Source of the DNA: Octopus sinensis
Taxonomy: Eukaryota
DNA length: 64,000 bases
NCBI RefSeq assembly: GCF_006345805.1
Contig: NC_043011.1
Coordinates: 56,990,464-57,054,463, forward strand
Reading direction: 5' to 3'
The notes under the pieces are model-generated. The model did not search any database and had not been told where the DNA came from. It saw nothing but the letters and a program-made list of their open reading frames with translations. Both the position numbers and the translations under genes were made by a program. This document shows positions 51,738 through 63,590 of this stretch, one piece after another. Position 1 is the first letter of the stretch. Each line of letters opens with the position of its first letter.

Positions 51738-52529
51738 TTTTAACTGTTATCCCTATAGAATTCAGAGGCCAGCACTGCAAGTTACAATGTTTCATAAATG
51801 AATACATCTATGTAAACAATGTGATCGAAGATAGAAAAAGTAAGTAACAGGTGTATATGCATTTTTCAAGAGTTATTGTCCTTTCATCAGTGCTACATCC
51901 AACCATTAACTATCCACGTACACATTGTCTAAACAATCACCAAATTTAGCAGTGTAACACAACTGGATTGACCAGTCTACAAATTAAACACATTACTGGC
52001 AACTTGTATGTACATATCATTTGTATTCGTTTATGAAATGTCACAACTTGCAATATTGGCTTTGAATTCTATGGAAAATCTACAGAGGTAAACTTAGAAA
52101 TGAGAATATCACACTGCTAACACAAAATGAAAACACAATATTGACTTATTAACTTGTAATATACTCAGTAGTATATTATTATGCTTGCAAAAGCACCTAT
52201 ATGGAGGTGGGGGTCTCTCAAGAGTAATAATGCAGTATTTGGTGTTCTAACAAGACATCCATATTAAGTTGAATACAAAGATTACCTTCACTGTTTACAT
52301 TTGACGGTTCTTTGTCCTCATCCTGTTTGTTGTTAACAAAATGTTTCGGCTGATATACCCTCCAGCCTTCATCAAGTGACTTGGGGGAAATTTCAAACCT
52401 GGGTTCTCATTTCTAAGGTATTTTTTAATGTAATTATCATTATTATTATTATTATTATTCAGGTCACTGCCTGGAATCGATCTTTGAATCTTGGGCTTAG
52501 TAGCCCATGCTCTTAACCCCTATGCCCAC

Positions 52530-52602
52530 GGGCATATGGCATAGTGGTTAAGAGCGCGGGCTACTAACCCCAAGATTCCGAGATCGATTCCAGGCAGTGA
52601 CC
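52530..52602 (+). pseudogene. tRNA-like sequence (SINE-type head, anticodon loop CT-ACT-AA), with a mirror copy on the minus strand at about 52452-52527
   Basis: A box TGGCATAGTGG, B box GATCGATTCC, GGG/CCC anticodon stem. Acceptor and T stems are imperfect. Confidence 0.7.
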
Positions 52603-52671
52603 TGAAAAATAATAATAATAATATCAAAAAAATACTTTAGGAATCAGAACCCAGGTTCAAAATTTCCTCAA

Positions 52672-52717
52672 GACACCTGATGAAGGCTGGAGGGTATATC
52701 AGCCAAAACATTATGTT
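52672..52717 (+). ncRNA. Degenerate minimal type I hammerhead ribozyme motif
   Basis: GACAC-CTGATGA-A-GGCTG-loop-CAGCC-AAAAC-ATT-ATGTT. The mirror copy at 52335-52380 (-) keeps GAAAC but has TTGATGA. Confidence 0.6.
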
Positions 52718-52807
52718 AACAACAAACAAGATGAGGACAAATATCCATCAAATGTAAATAACGTACATAATTCCTCATCTTTTGAATATAGAACTGGAAA
52801 GATTACC

Positions 52808-52843
<36 letters not shown>

Positions 52844-53165
52844 CATGTACACACACATACATTACCTGTTTATTCCCTGGATGCCAACAAAAAATAGACC
52901 TCTTCTGCTCTTGTTGGTTTAATAATATAATTATTAATTGCATATGATGTAGATGGGAATACAATTTTGAGATTGGACTTAATTTGATATGAATATATTT
53001 GATCTTAATTTACTAAGTCAATCAAAGCAAAGTTAAGAAATATTTTTGTGAGGATGTGCATTGTTACCTCTGTGTTTCACACAGTTGATTGGATAATATG
53101 TTATAGAACTTAAAATATACATTTTCTCATTTTACATTGTCAATGATGACATTGTCTTTATATAA

Positions 53166-53743
53166 ATAATAATAATAATGAAATTACTGTATACAGTGCT
53201 CAGGTGCACCACAACTTGTCAAAAGTGCGTATAAAGTATATGCAGTAATGTACAAATGTCTGGAAAGCGAACAGTGTATGAGTCAGATACATGCTTGCGT
53301 GTGTATGAAGTGGAGAAAATCAAGTGTAGTGTTGGCGAATCTCAGGAAGCATGGAAGTTTTGAAGGATGCAGTGCTCCGACAACTAACAACTGATGCTGG
53401 CAGTTTGTTCCATGCTTCAGCAACTCTTAGCGTGAAAAAAATGTTTCCTGAAGTCATGGGAGCTGTGCTGTTTTCTGACTTTGTAAACATGTCCACGGGT
53501 GTTAGACAGGTGGAGTTTGAAAAGGTGCTTAGAGTTATTGTTAGTAAGATGGTTAATAATTTTATGGGTGTCTGCCAAGTCAGCTGCCAGACGTCGGAGT
53601 TTCAGTGTATCCATTCCCAGAGAAGTAAGGCGTTCAGAATATGGCAAATGCCTGATGGAGGGTATTCTCTTGGCTGCACGTTGCTGAACAGTTTTCAGAC
53701 GATTAATATCCTGGGCAAGATAGGGGTTCCAGACCGGTGATGC
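53166..53743 (-). mobile_element. CR1-clade LINE, 5'-truncated ORF2 C-terminus and 3'UTR
   Basis: SPVWNPYLAQDINRLKTVQQRAAK...YSERL..L..L..RR...TRGH..K...FF. Frameshift in an A run; (TTA)n tail. Confidence 0.88.
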
Positions 53744-55675
53744 TTTATCCATAACCATCCACAACCAAATGCCATCCATTTGCAACCTAAATTCCTTTTA
53801 CCAAACCTGTAGCTCAAAGACTCAATCACCTCACATATCAAGGAAATATGAAACTCCACCCATTCTGGCCCTGGATGGAAAGCTAGTGTTTCTAATGCAG
53901 TCGTGGATATGTAGAGCTTATGAGATCACTAAGGGAGATAAGCCAAACACAGACCTGAAGATAAATGCTTATCAATGAGTAAAGAGGAGAAGAAACTGCA
54001 GATGTTTTTGGATTTAAATTGATATAAATATGTTAATGTTAGACCATGGCTAAAATCCAGCTGGGAGAGAGAGAACCAAATCAGGAGACATTCTACCATT
54101 GGTTGTTAATAACTGCTTCAGACTAAGGAACTGAGGCATTCACTAGTTTTCTTTTCAAATTACCGAAAAGTGACTGGCAGACCATCAATTTCTAAATGGC
54201 TAAAGTTCTTGGTCAGACAAAATGTCTGATTGGCTAAACACACAGAGTAAAAGGAAAACCGTTCCTCAGCCAGTAAATGAACAAATGTTTAAAGTTGTAG
54301 AATTTAAAAAACCAAGTTTCAAATTTCATCTTAGAAGAAAGACTTCAGAGAAACTGCTACATGATTCTTCATTCATTCTGCGAAAATAGCAGCCAGATCT
54401 CCCTCAAGTCACAGCACTGTCTTTAACAAAAGAATATTTTGAATAAAACAGTTTGAACATTCACTATTCTTGATAAAAGGATAGATGGTCATGGTTAGAA
54501 TGCCAATGACCATGAGTCAAAAGTGAGTTAAAAGAGATATCGTTTGTGGTGTTTTAATTAAATTGAATCCACATTATCAACGCCTTCCCAAGGATAACAG
54601 GAAGATACAATTGATGAGCTTTTCATCCTGGACCTGATTACATGTACTTTGGTACTTCATGCCAAATAAATTGGTTAAATAATTCCATTGTGTCTCAAGG
54701 GTTTCAATTTTTTTTCTTTAATCAACGGTTGTTCTTGGATCGTTAATCTCTTGGACTAAGTGGAAATTGGTTTTACTTCAAAACCCAGATAACTGATTTA
54801 AAAAAAAAAACATTTTCCCATTTTAAAAGATGGTATATTGATTATTGATCAGATTTCCATCAGATTCATTGAACTTGTGAAGAACTTTTGCTGAACTGCT
54901 AAGTTACAGGGATGTAAACACACCAACATCAGTCATCAAGCGATGGTGGGGTGGAAACAAACACACACACACACACACATATATATGATGGACTTCTTTC
55001 AGTTTCCATTTACTAAATTCACTCACAAGGCTTTGGTCGACATGAGGCTATAGTAGAAGACATTTGCCCGAGGTGCCATTCAGTGGGACTGAACCTGGAA
55101 CCATGTGGTTGGGAAGCAAGCTTCTTACCACACAGCCACGCCTGCACCTATATGTATGCTTAATGTAAGACTGAGTCACTCCAGTGTCAATAACAGAAGC
55201 TGGTTTTAGTTTGCCATTAGTTATTGTTCCCGTTGTATGATTATATCCATCATTCATCAAGGGTATAACTTTTGGTAAAAAATTCTCAGTATTAGTGGAT
55301 GGATGCCTGGAAACTACATAAATCCTTGTGAAAAATTCTTGCTTTTTTTAGACTTTGCAATAACTATCTTCATTGATTGGATTGACAAATGCCTTAAACA
55401 TGTCCCTTTTAATACTGACGTTCAGCTAATTAGATAAGAGGGCTAATTATACTCAAATTGTACAAATTTTGGTGAAAAAACTAAGTCCTGGGATCAATGC
55501 ATTCCACTGAAGCCTTTTAAAGGTGTGCCCCAGAATGTTTTACATGAAAGCGAAATTTCTTGTCAGAAACAGCCACATAAATGGTGTAAGGAAATTGAAG
55601 GAAGATGTTGAAACTTTCCCTCTGCAAGCTTATTTTATTCAACAGCAAAGGGAGCTATTTTTTCAGAAAGAAGTA

Positions 55676-56140
55676 TAATAATAATGAAATTAATTGTATA
55701 CAGTGCTCAGGTGCACCACAACTTGTCAGAGTATATGCAGTAATGTAGAAATATCTGGAAAGCGAACAATGTATGAGTCAGATACATGCTTGCGTGTGTA
55801 TGGAGGGGAGAAAATCAGGTGTAGTGTTGGCGAATCTCAGGAAGCATGGAAGTTTTGAAGGATGCAGTGCTCCGACAACTAACAACTGATGCCGGCAGTT
55901 TGTTCCATGCTTCAGCAACTCTTAGCGTGAAAAAATGTTTCCTGAAGTCATGGGAGCTGTGCTGTTTTCTGACTTTGTAAATATGTCCACGGGTGTTAGA
56001 CAGGTGGAGTTTGAAAAGGTGCTCAGAGTTATTGTTTGTAAGATGGTTAATAATTTTATGGGTGTCTGCCAAGTCAGCTGCCAGACGTCGGAGTTTCAAT
56101 GTGTCCATGCCCAGGGAAGTAAGGCGTTCAGGATATGGCA
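55676..56140 (-). mobile_element. CR1-clade LINE, second 5'-truncated copy
   Basis: YPERLTSLGMDTLKLRRLAADL...HFFTLRVAEAWNKLP. Near-identical to the 53166 copy. Confidence 0.88.
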
Positions 56141-56589
56141 TGATTGGTATATTTAAAAATGGCAATGTAATACCTACTTGAAAAAGTAGAGTTAAAGGAA
56201 TGTATTTGCTATGTGCTTACAGTGTACGACCACTCTGAAATGGACTCCAGGTAACAAAAAAGGAAGACCTGAAGAGTTTCACTTCTGTTCACAAATACTG
56301 CTTTGAATCTTTAGCAGTTCGCAGTGAAAAAATGAAATATCATAATGGATGGGTAAATAAGCATCCTTAACGTGGAATCACGCATTGGTAGGTAAACAAA
56401 GGTATCAACAAATAAAAGAGAGGGAAGGGAACATCACCTTTCAGGTAACTCGGAATAGGTAAAGGTAAGCTTGCCAAAGTTTAATGCAGTTTAAATATGG
56501 AGATTAAGATTGTTTGGTGTGGGATATTCATTGCATACAGTGTTCCTAGTCAATTCAATCAACGTTGCAGGTGGACAGTCTGAATAAAT

Positions 56590-57138
56590 CATCATCATCA
56601 TCATCGTTTAACGTCCGCTTTCCATGCTAGCATGGGTTGGACGATTTGACTGTGGGCTGGCGAACCAGATGGCTGCACCAGGCTTCAATCTTGATCTGGC
56701 AGAGTTTCTACAGCTGGATGCCCTTCCTAACGCCAACCACTCCGAGAGTGTAGTGGGTGCTTTTATGTGCCACCGGCACGGGGCCAGTCAGATGGTACTG
56801 GCAACGACCTCACTCGAATCTTTTACACATGCCACTGGCACAGGTGCCAGTAAGGCGACATTGGTAACGATCACGCTTGAATTGTGTCTTTTACGTGCCA
56901 CCGGCACGGAGGCCAGATAGCTGCTCTGGCAACGATCATGCTCGGATGGTGCTCTTAATACCCTACTAGCATGGGTTCGAGTGCCAGTAACGCTATGCTG
57001 GTAACGATCACGCTCGAAGGGTGCCTTTTAAGTTCCACTGGCACTGAAGCCGGTTAGCCGCTCTGTCAATGATCACACTCGTATGGTGCTCTTTGCACCC
57101 CGCTAGCACGGACGCCAGTCATCGAATTTGATTTTGAT
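56590..57138 (-). mobile_element. (GAT)n-tailed retroposon family D with internal ~60-70 bp tandem subrepeats
   Basis: CATCATCATCGTTTAACGTCCGCTTTCCATGCTAGCATGGG end plus about six TGCCAC.GGCAC...GGCAACGATCAC units. Relatives at about 11670-11858, 21145-21434 and 60470-60780. Confidence 0.75.
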
Positions 57139-58126
57139 TAAATAAACAAAATCCTTTCGCTTTTATAATATTACCTGACCAAGTAATAATACACAATTAC
57201 AACATATAAATAAATAATAAATCAAAAAATATGAAAACCAGTAAAAAATTTATTTTCTTTAATGCCAACATACAACCATAGATTAAAAAAGTATAGAAGA
57301 CCCTACATACAACAAACTATGTATATACAATGAATTAGAGAAAAGCCCATGTAAACCACTGTTCTTTCTGATTTGTCCATTTATGCAGGAGTTCTAGGTA
57401 AAATGTTATATGAGCATGCTTGGGACATAAGTAATGTGTGTGTAAAGTTTGGTGAAAATCGACTGAGAAGTTTGGAAATGTATGCGTTCGTCAATATACA
57501 CACACATACTGTGATTTTTATATACTAGATAATAAAGTAGCTGCTAGCATTCTTTATTAAAATTACAATTTTAGTGATGGGAACAAAATCATAAAACCAC
57601 AAACTTTAAATTAGAATAAAAATGCCAGGGGAGACTACTCTGAAATTTAATTAAAATTGATTTAATAATAAAATGCAGAGGTGGAAGGGTTCGTCTAATG
57701 ATTGGCTGTTCGGTGATTACTGAGTTTCAGCACTATAATCTGTCACTGTAACAAATTGAAACTCGAGTCAACAAAAGAACCTCTTAGTAATAGCAATGGA
57801 ATCTTCAATTCACAAACAAGTGCTTTTTTTAAAATAAAGGTGGCAACGGATAAATGTAGTCTTACATTGTTGAATGATAAAGAAGAAGGCCATGGTTGAA
57901 GCGCCTTTATCATTGCTCACAAGGTGCTAAAGTAACAACAACATAAATAAAACATCTAATACAATGAAACGAAATGAAATCGAATTTGTAAATTAAAAAA
58001 ACATTTCTGCTATCGTTCTGGTTTAAGAGTATGTGGTGGGGGTGCTTATACACTGGCTATTATGTAGAACATGGTTTAGTGTAAGATCCAACCGGCTTCG
58101 ACGTTGAACGTTGTTAGCCTCGTTCT

Positions 58127-58138
58127 CAAAATGGCGGC
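58127..58138 (+). promoter_or_regulatory. YY1-like motif overlapping the THOC3 start codon, within a locally CpG-retaining 5' region
   Basis: CAAAATGGCGGC matches the YY1 consensus. CpGs look more frequent from about 58000 to 59800 than elsewhere in the window. Confidence 0.4.
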
Positions 58139-58307
58139 TTACATTGAAAACCTTCAAGATGTGTTTAAGAACTGCGACAAAATTAAAGACATTTTGGCTC
58201 ATTCTGCCAAAGTTCACTCCGTGGCCTGGAGTTGTGATGGTCGGAAGTTAGCGTCGGGATCATTTGATAAGACTGTTAGTATATTCAGCTTGGACAGAGA
58301 TCGTTTG
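58131..58307 (+). CDS. THOC3: THO complex subunit 3 (Tex1, WD40 protein), exon 1
   Basis: AAAATGG start context. Encodes MAAYIEN...AHSAKVHSVAWSCDGRKLASGSFDKTV. GTAAGT donor, phase 0. Confidence 0.95.
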
Positions 58308-59549
58308 GTAAGTTAGAACCGGCTTTGAATAATACGAATCGTTCCTCCATCGTCACATGTCGGATCCGCTTTCAGGTTTGGGAAGTTTATTCGAAAAATT
58401 GAAGTAATTTGAGGCAATACAAATAATTATTTCACTGAAAATTGTTTATATTAGATATTCCAACAAAAGTCCTTGAAATGTTTCTTAATTCTTGCTAATT
58501 TAAACAATTATTTTTCCCAATCGCAAACAACATTTCTAAAGCCGCCTTTTCACATGCAAAACTATTAACATTTATTTCTGGTTAACCTAAAACATAAAAC
58601 CGTTTATTTTCAGTGAAATAGAATGGTAACATATCATAGTTAAAGCTTTGTCATAAATATAAACAGCATAAGTGTATAAGTCTTTAAGTAGGAATCGAAC
58701 CGGCAGACGAGTCAATTCGCCGCATGTTTATTTCTTTCCAGATTCTCATTTTCTCAATATTAAACAATAACAGAGGATATCCAGGGAAACTTTGTCAGCG
58801 ACCAAATTGTAATTGGTGCCACGAAATTTTTGACACCAAATAATAAATGTCTAAGTGAAGTTAACCGTCTTTGCGCATCGTTTTGCGTGTCTGTGTCGCT
58901 TTCCATTCCGTGTTTTAGTTTCAAGCGACGGTCGTGAGTTCGAATCGCTTGTCCGACAAGCTTATCTTCGGAACAATATTCAGGTTTCTTAATTATGTGT
59001 GAAGGCTCTGACAAAGATATTTCTTAGATGCGTGTTATTGTTAATTTAATGAATGATTTTGAGTCCTGTAATGTGTGGCACCGAATAATAATGATTCGAA
59101 ATAGAAATAGTAGCAGTAGTAATAGTAGTCGTTTTGGTAAATTTTTGTTCTTAGGCACAAGGCCAGTAATTTGTTGATGTGGGACACCACTGCTCGACTT
59201 GTTTTTCATTGACTCCCGACAAGATGAGAGGCAAAGTCGACCTCGGTGGAGTTTGAACTCAAAATATAAAGACAGACGAATCGTTAACATACCGGACCAA
59301 AATGCTTAGCAGCATTTCGTCTGTCTAATAATTTGGTTCTGGACACTTCGTGCAAATCTTTTTGGTTGATACAAATTTAATTCGGTGGACCGTGTCATTA
59401 GCTTAATTGCAATTAAAAATTATGGAACGTTAGAGACAACATAAAGCGACTATTTTAACTGGTTTTAGACTCAGTATTAGAAATTTCGAAGATAATGTAT
59501 AAAACATCCACAAACACACACATACGTGTGTTTGTCTATAAAACCGGTA

Positions 59550-59781
59550 CTACTTGAGAACAGTGGTCCCGGTGCGCGCACTCGCGTAGTCGCGCATCCG
59601 CGCTAGCTAGTCGTGACTAGTCGATCCTACGACTACCTAGCAAAGTAAATAAAACACAAAATAAATAATTTTTTAAACAAAATAACACAAAAACACAAAG
59701 TAAGGATCGACTTGTCATGACTAGCTTGCGCGGATGTGTGAGTACGCGAGTGCGCGCACCAGCACCACTGTTCTCAAGTAG
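59550..59781. mobile_element. MITE with ~80-bp terminal inverted repeats and TA flanks, in THOC3 intron 1
   Basis: CTACTTGAGAACAGTGGT... / ...ACCACTGTTCTCAAGTAG, with an A-rich spacer and TA on both sides. Confidence 0.85.
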
Positions 59782-61298
59782 TACTTATAAAACGTGGATA
59801 AACCTCGCCAGGCGTTTATTGAAGGGAAATAACTCGTGGAGGCTCTTATTAACAATGTAACAGAATTTCCTCATTACACTGCGGCCACGCTGGGGCAGCA
59901 CCAGCATAAATGGTTTTAGTCAAACAGATCAACCCCAGTTCTTACTTTTTTAAAAATCTGTTACTTATTCTATAACTCTCTTCTGTCGAACCGCTAAGTT
60001 ACGGGGGTAAAGACAAAGCAACACCAGTAGTCAAGTGGCAGGGTGGGGACAGACGCCCCCCCCCGCCACACACATAATGGGCTTCCACACAGTTTCGTCT
60101 CTGAAATTTACTCACTGGGCTTTAGTCGGTCTGGAACCTACCCAAGGTGTTGCCCAGTAGGACTGAACCTGAAAAAAACATGGTTGTAAAACGAGCTTCT
60201 TAACCACACACCCACGTATGTATGTGTATGTGTGTTCGTATCTGTATGTGATTATCATCATCATCATACGTCTGTTTTCCATGCTGGCATGGGTCGGACA
60301 GTTTGACAGGAGCTGGCAAACTGAAGTGCGGCACCAGTTCTCAATTCTCTCTTTTGGCATGGATGCCTTTCCTAATGCCAACCAGTTCACAGAGTATACT
60401 AGGTGCTTTCTAAGTGGCACCAACGCAGGTGCTTTTTACATGGCATACTGTATTATATTATATATATATATCATCATCATCGTTTAACGTCCGCTTTCCA
60501 TGTTAGCATGGGTTGGACGGTTTGACTGAGGTCCAGTCAGGCGGTACTGGCAACGACCTCACTCGAATCTTTTTACACATGCCAACGGCACAGGTGCCAA
60601 TAAGGCAATGCTGGCAACGATCCTGCTCGAATGGTGCCTCTACATGCCACCGGCATGGAGCCAGTTAGCTGCTCTGGCAATGATCATGCTCAGATGGTGC
60701 TCTTAATACTCTACTAGCACAGGGCACAAGTGCCAGTAAGGCGAAGCTGGTAATGATCACACTCGAATGGTGCCTTTTATATCGTTATCATCATCATTTA
60801 ATGTCTGTTGTCCATGCTGGCATGGGTTGGATGGTTTGACCAGGGCTGGTAAGGAGGAAGGCTGCACCAGACTCCAGTCTGATTTGGCAACCTCTCTGAG
60901 AGTGTAATGTGTGCTTCTATGCATACACATGCATTCACACATATAGTAAGTCTCCTACACTGATTTAATTTATGAATCTCACTCAGAAGGCATTGATCCG
61001 CCTGGTCCACATTGCAAACAACATTTTCTGAAGGTGCCACGAGTTGGACAGAATATGTTGAGGTAGATTTTTTATAGCTGGATGTCCTTCCTCTTTCCAG
61101 CCTTCACCCTTTTCCAAGTAAGGTTATATTTCCCCATGACCAGACATGTTTTCGTGGAAGATAGGAAATGAACAACATATGTGGCAGGGATGCTCTTTTA
61201 CAGCTATCATGTGATTCCAAAGCAGGGAAACAGTAACCTTATATATCTGTATGTGCATGTTCACAAACACAGTAAATTTTCTGTTATATTTATTTTAG

Positions 61299-61455
61299 AA
61301 TAAAGACTTCACGTTCCGTGGCCATGGAGACAGCGTTGATCAGTTGTGTTGGCATCCAAGTAATCCAGACCATCTCGTTACAGCCAGTGGGGATAAAACC
61401 GTTCGCATCTGGGATGCTCGTATCAATAAATCTGTTGCCACCGTCAACACCAGAG
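61299..61455 (+). CDS. THOC3: THOC3 exon 2
   Basis: ttttAG acceptor and GTAGGT donor. Encodes NKDFTFRGHGDSVDQLCWHPSNPDHLVTASGDKTVRIWDARINKSVATVNTR; ends in phase 1. Confidence 0.95.
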
Positions 61456-62696
61456 GTAGGTTCATAAACATATCCCATCCATCAAATGCAGCATGACTTA
61501 TTTTATATCTGTCTGGTTTAGAAGTTCACTTTGCAACCGTGTGATTTCGGGTTCAATCTTTCTGCATAGCATTCTGGAGTAAGCATCTTCTATTAAAGCT
61601 TTTTTGGCTTGACCAAGCTGAGTAAACGCTAAAGGAAGCCTGATGCACACACACACACACACACACACACATGTGCATATGTCTGTGTCTTTCCATTGAA
61701 ACTATTTGACAGTGGTGGTGGTGTTTATCCTGCACAACCAACAAGTGCAGCAGCCCAGTGGTTTTGTCATGTGAAGATGTGGAACGGAGTTGTTTACCTG
61801 TTAGGCTTAGGGCATCTGGCTGTAGAATACTGCTTCAATAAATCTAATAGAAACCATGCTGATATAACAATAATAATGATGATGATAATGACTTAGCTTT
61901 AAAATGTTTGATTTTGATTTAAAAGTTTCTTAGTCAACTTTCATATTTACATCAAAGTCTCAGCTGTTAAATTTGTCATTATGCTGGCATGGGTCAGGCA
62001 GATTTTCTGCAGCTGGATGCTCTTCCTCTCACCAACCTTTACCTGTTTCAAAACAAGGGGAATATTTCCCATGGCCAAATGTTCTTCATGGATGACTGGA
62101 AACAAACAGCATCGCATGTATGATGCTGATGCTTGTTTGCATGGATGCACACAAGCACAGCCACACACATGTGTGCACATATATGTTGGGCTTCTTTTAG
62201 TTTCCATCTACCAAATCCACTCACAGCGCTTTGGCCAGTTCAGGGCTATAGTAGTAGGCATTTGCTCAAGGTGCCAAGCAGTGGGACTGAACCCAAAACC
62301 ACATGGTTGGGAAGCAAGCTTGTTTATCACACAGCCACACCTACACCTAAATAAAAAAAAAGTAAGATACAGTGGAACCTTGGTTCACGAATCTAGTTTG
62401 TTCTTGAAGGCTGTTTGCAAACAAAAACTAGGAAATTCAAGAGAATGCATAGTGAGTTCAAGCAGGGATGTGCACTGAGTAGAAGCTTGACAGCAACTGA
62501 CTTTCTCCTGCTGATACTCCCAGTTTGTTGTGAACCACTGTTACCTGCCTGCATGTTCATTATTGAATAAACTGTTCATCACCTGAGATGTTTTACGTTT
62601 GAAAAATTGTTCATAGGAGTCGTTTGCCAACTAAGGTTTCTTGTGTTGTTTTCAATATTGCAGCAGATTATTTAGATGATAACAAATATGTTTCAG

Positions 62697-62901
62697 GTGA
62701 GAATATAAACATCTGCTGGTCACCAGATGGCAGCACTATCGCCGTCGGAAACAAAGAGGATCTCGTCACATTTATCGATGCCCGTACACACCGCTCTCGA
62801 GCTGAAGAGCAATTCAAGTTTGAAGTGAATGAAATCTCGTGGAACAATGAAGGAGATTTATTCTTCTTAACCAGTGGTCAAGGAAGCATCCACATTCTCA
62901 G
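62697..62901 (+). CDS. THOC3: THOC3 exon 3
   Basis: Encodes GENINICWSPDGSTIAVGNKEDLVTFID...FKFEVNEISWN...IHIL. tttcAG acceptor and GTAATC donor; ends in phase 2. Confidence 0.93.
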
Positions 62902-63428
62902 GTAATCATTGTTATTCTTTAAATATCTGCCCTGGTAGTTTTAAAGATGGAAGTTACAGGTGACTTGGTCAATAGGCTGTTGTTGTTTAGCTACAGTTCA
63001 TCTTTTGACCATTTTTCAAAGGTGTTCCCACCATGACCATCTTGTCTTTTTACATAATAGACTACCTTGTCCAGTGTGTATTTCCAGTCTTCAGGATACT
63101 ATGGTATAATTTGCGAAAATTTGGAGTTAAGAAAATTCAATAAACTTCAGAAATCGAAATTATAGGAAATTTCTTAGAACCTTAAATTTATAAAAATATT
63201 TCCTGACGTTCAAGCTTTTTAATATTGCTTTCTTTTAGTAGTTTTAGCAATTGTTACATACCTAATGAATAAGCAGCTTTCTCTGTTTTAGTATAGATGT
63301 GGTGTAAACAATATCAAAAGCTCAGAATGTTACCGTTCCATGCTTGTGTAGAAAAGAGATGTTATTAAAAATCAAAATATTTTCAATTTCTTTATATGTG
63401 ATGAATTGTTTTTCTTTTACTTTTTCAG

Positions 63429-63590
63429 CTATCCTGATTTAAAATTGCAGTATGTCTTAAACGCCCACCCAGCTAATTGTATTTGCATTGAGTTTGACCC
63501 CACGGGATCATATTTTGCTACTGGAAGTGCAGACGCTTTGGTTAGTCTTTGGGACGTTGACCAGTTAGTGTGTGTCCGAACATTTGCTAG
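63429..63590 (+). CDS. THOC3: THOC3 exon 4 (gene continues beyond the window)
   Basis: Encodes YPDLKLQYVLNAHPANCICIEFDPTGSYFATGSADALVSLWDVDQLVCVRTFA. GTGAGT donor. Confidence 0.95.

Larger units (their letters stand above)
52289..52797. mobile_element. Palindromic non-autonomous element (tRNA-like head plus hammerhead-like motif in each arm) with 12-bp TSD
   Basis: Arms about 52294-52527 and 52530-52758 are reverse complements. Direct repeat AAAGATTACCTT at 52277-52288 and 52798-52809. Confidence 0.85.

Noticed and set aside
52530-52602. Functional tRNA-Ser(ACT) gene
   Set aside because: Acceptor and T stems are imperfect, the B box is mutated, there is no long variable arm, and it is embedded in a mobile palindrome. 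Treated as a SINE-type head.
53351-53740. Plus-strand ORFs duplicated at 55935-56181
   Set aside because: Antisense shadows of the CR1 fragments.
56757-57120. CRISPR-like array
   Set aside because: Eukaryotic context, degenerate tandem units without unique spacers, and no cas genes.
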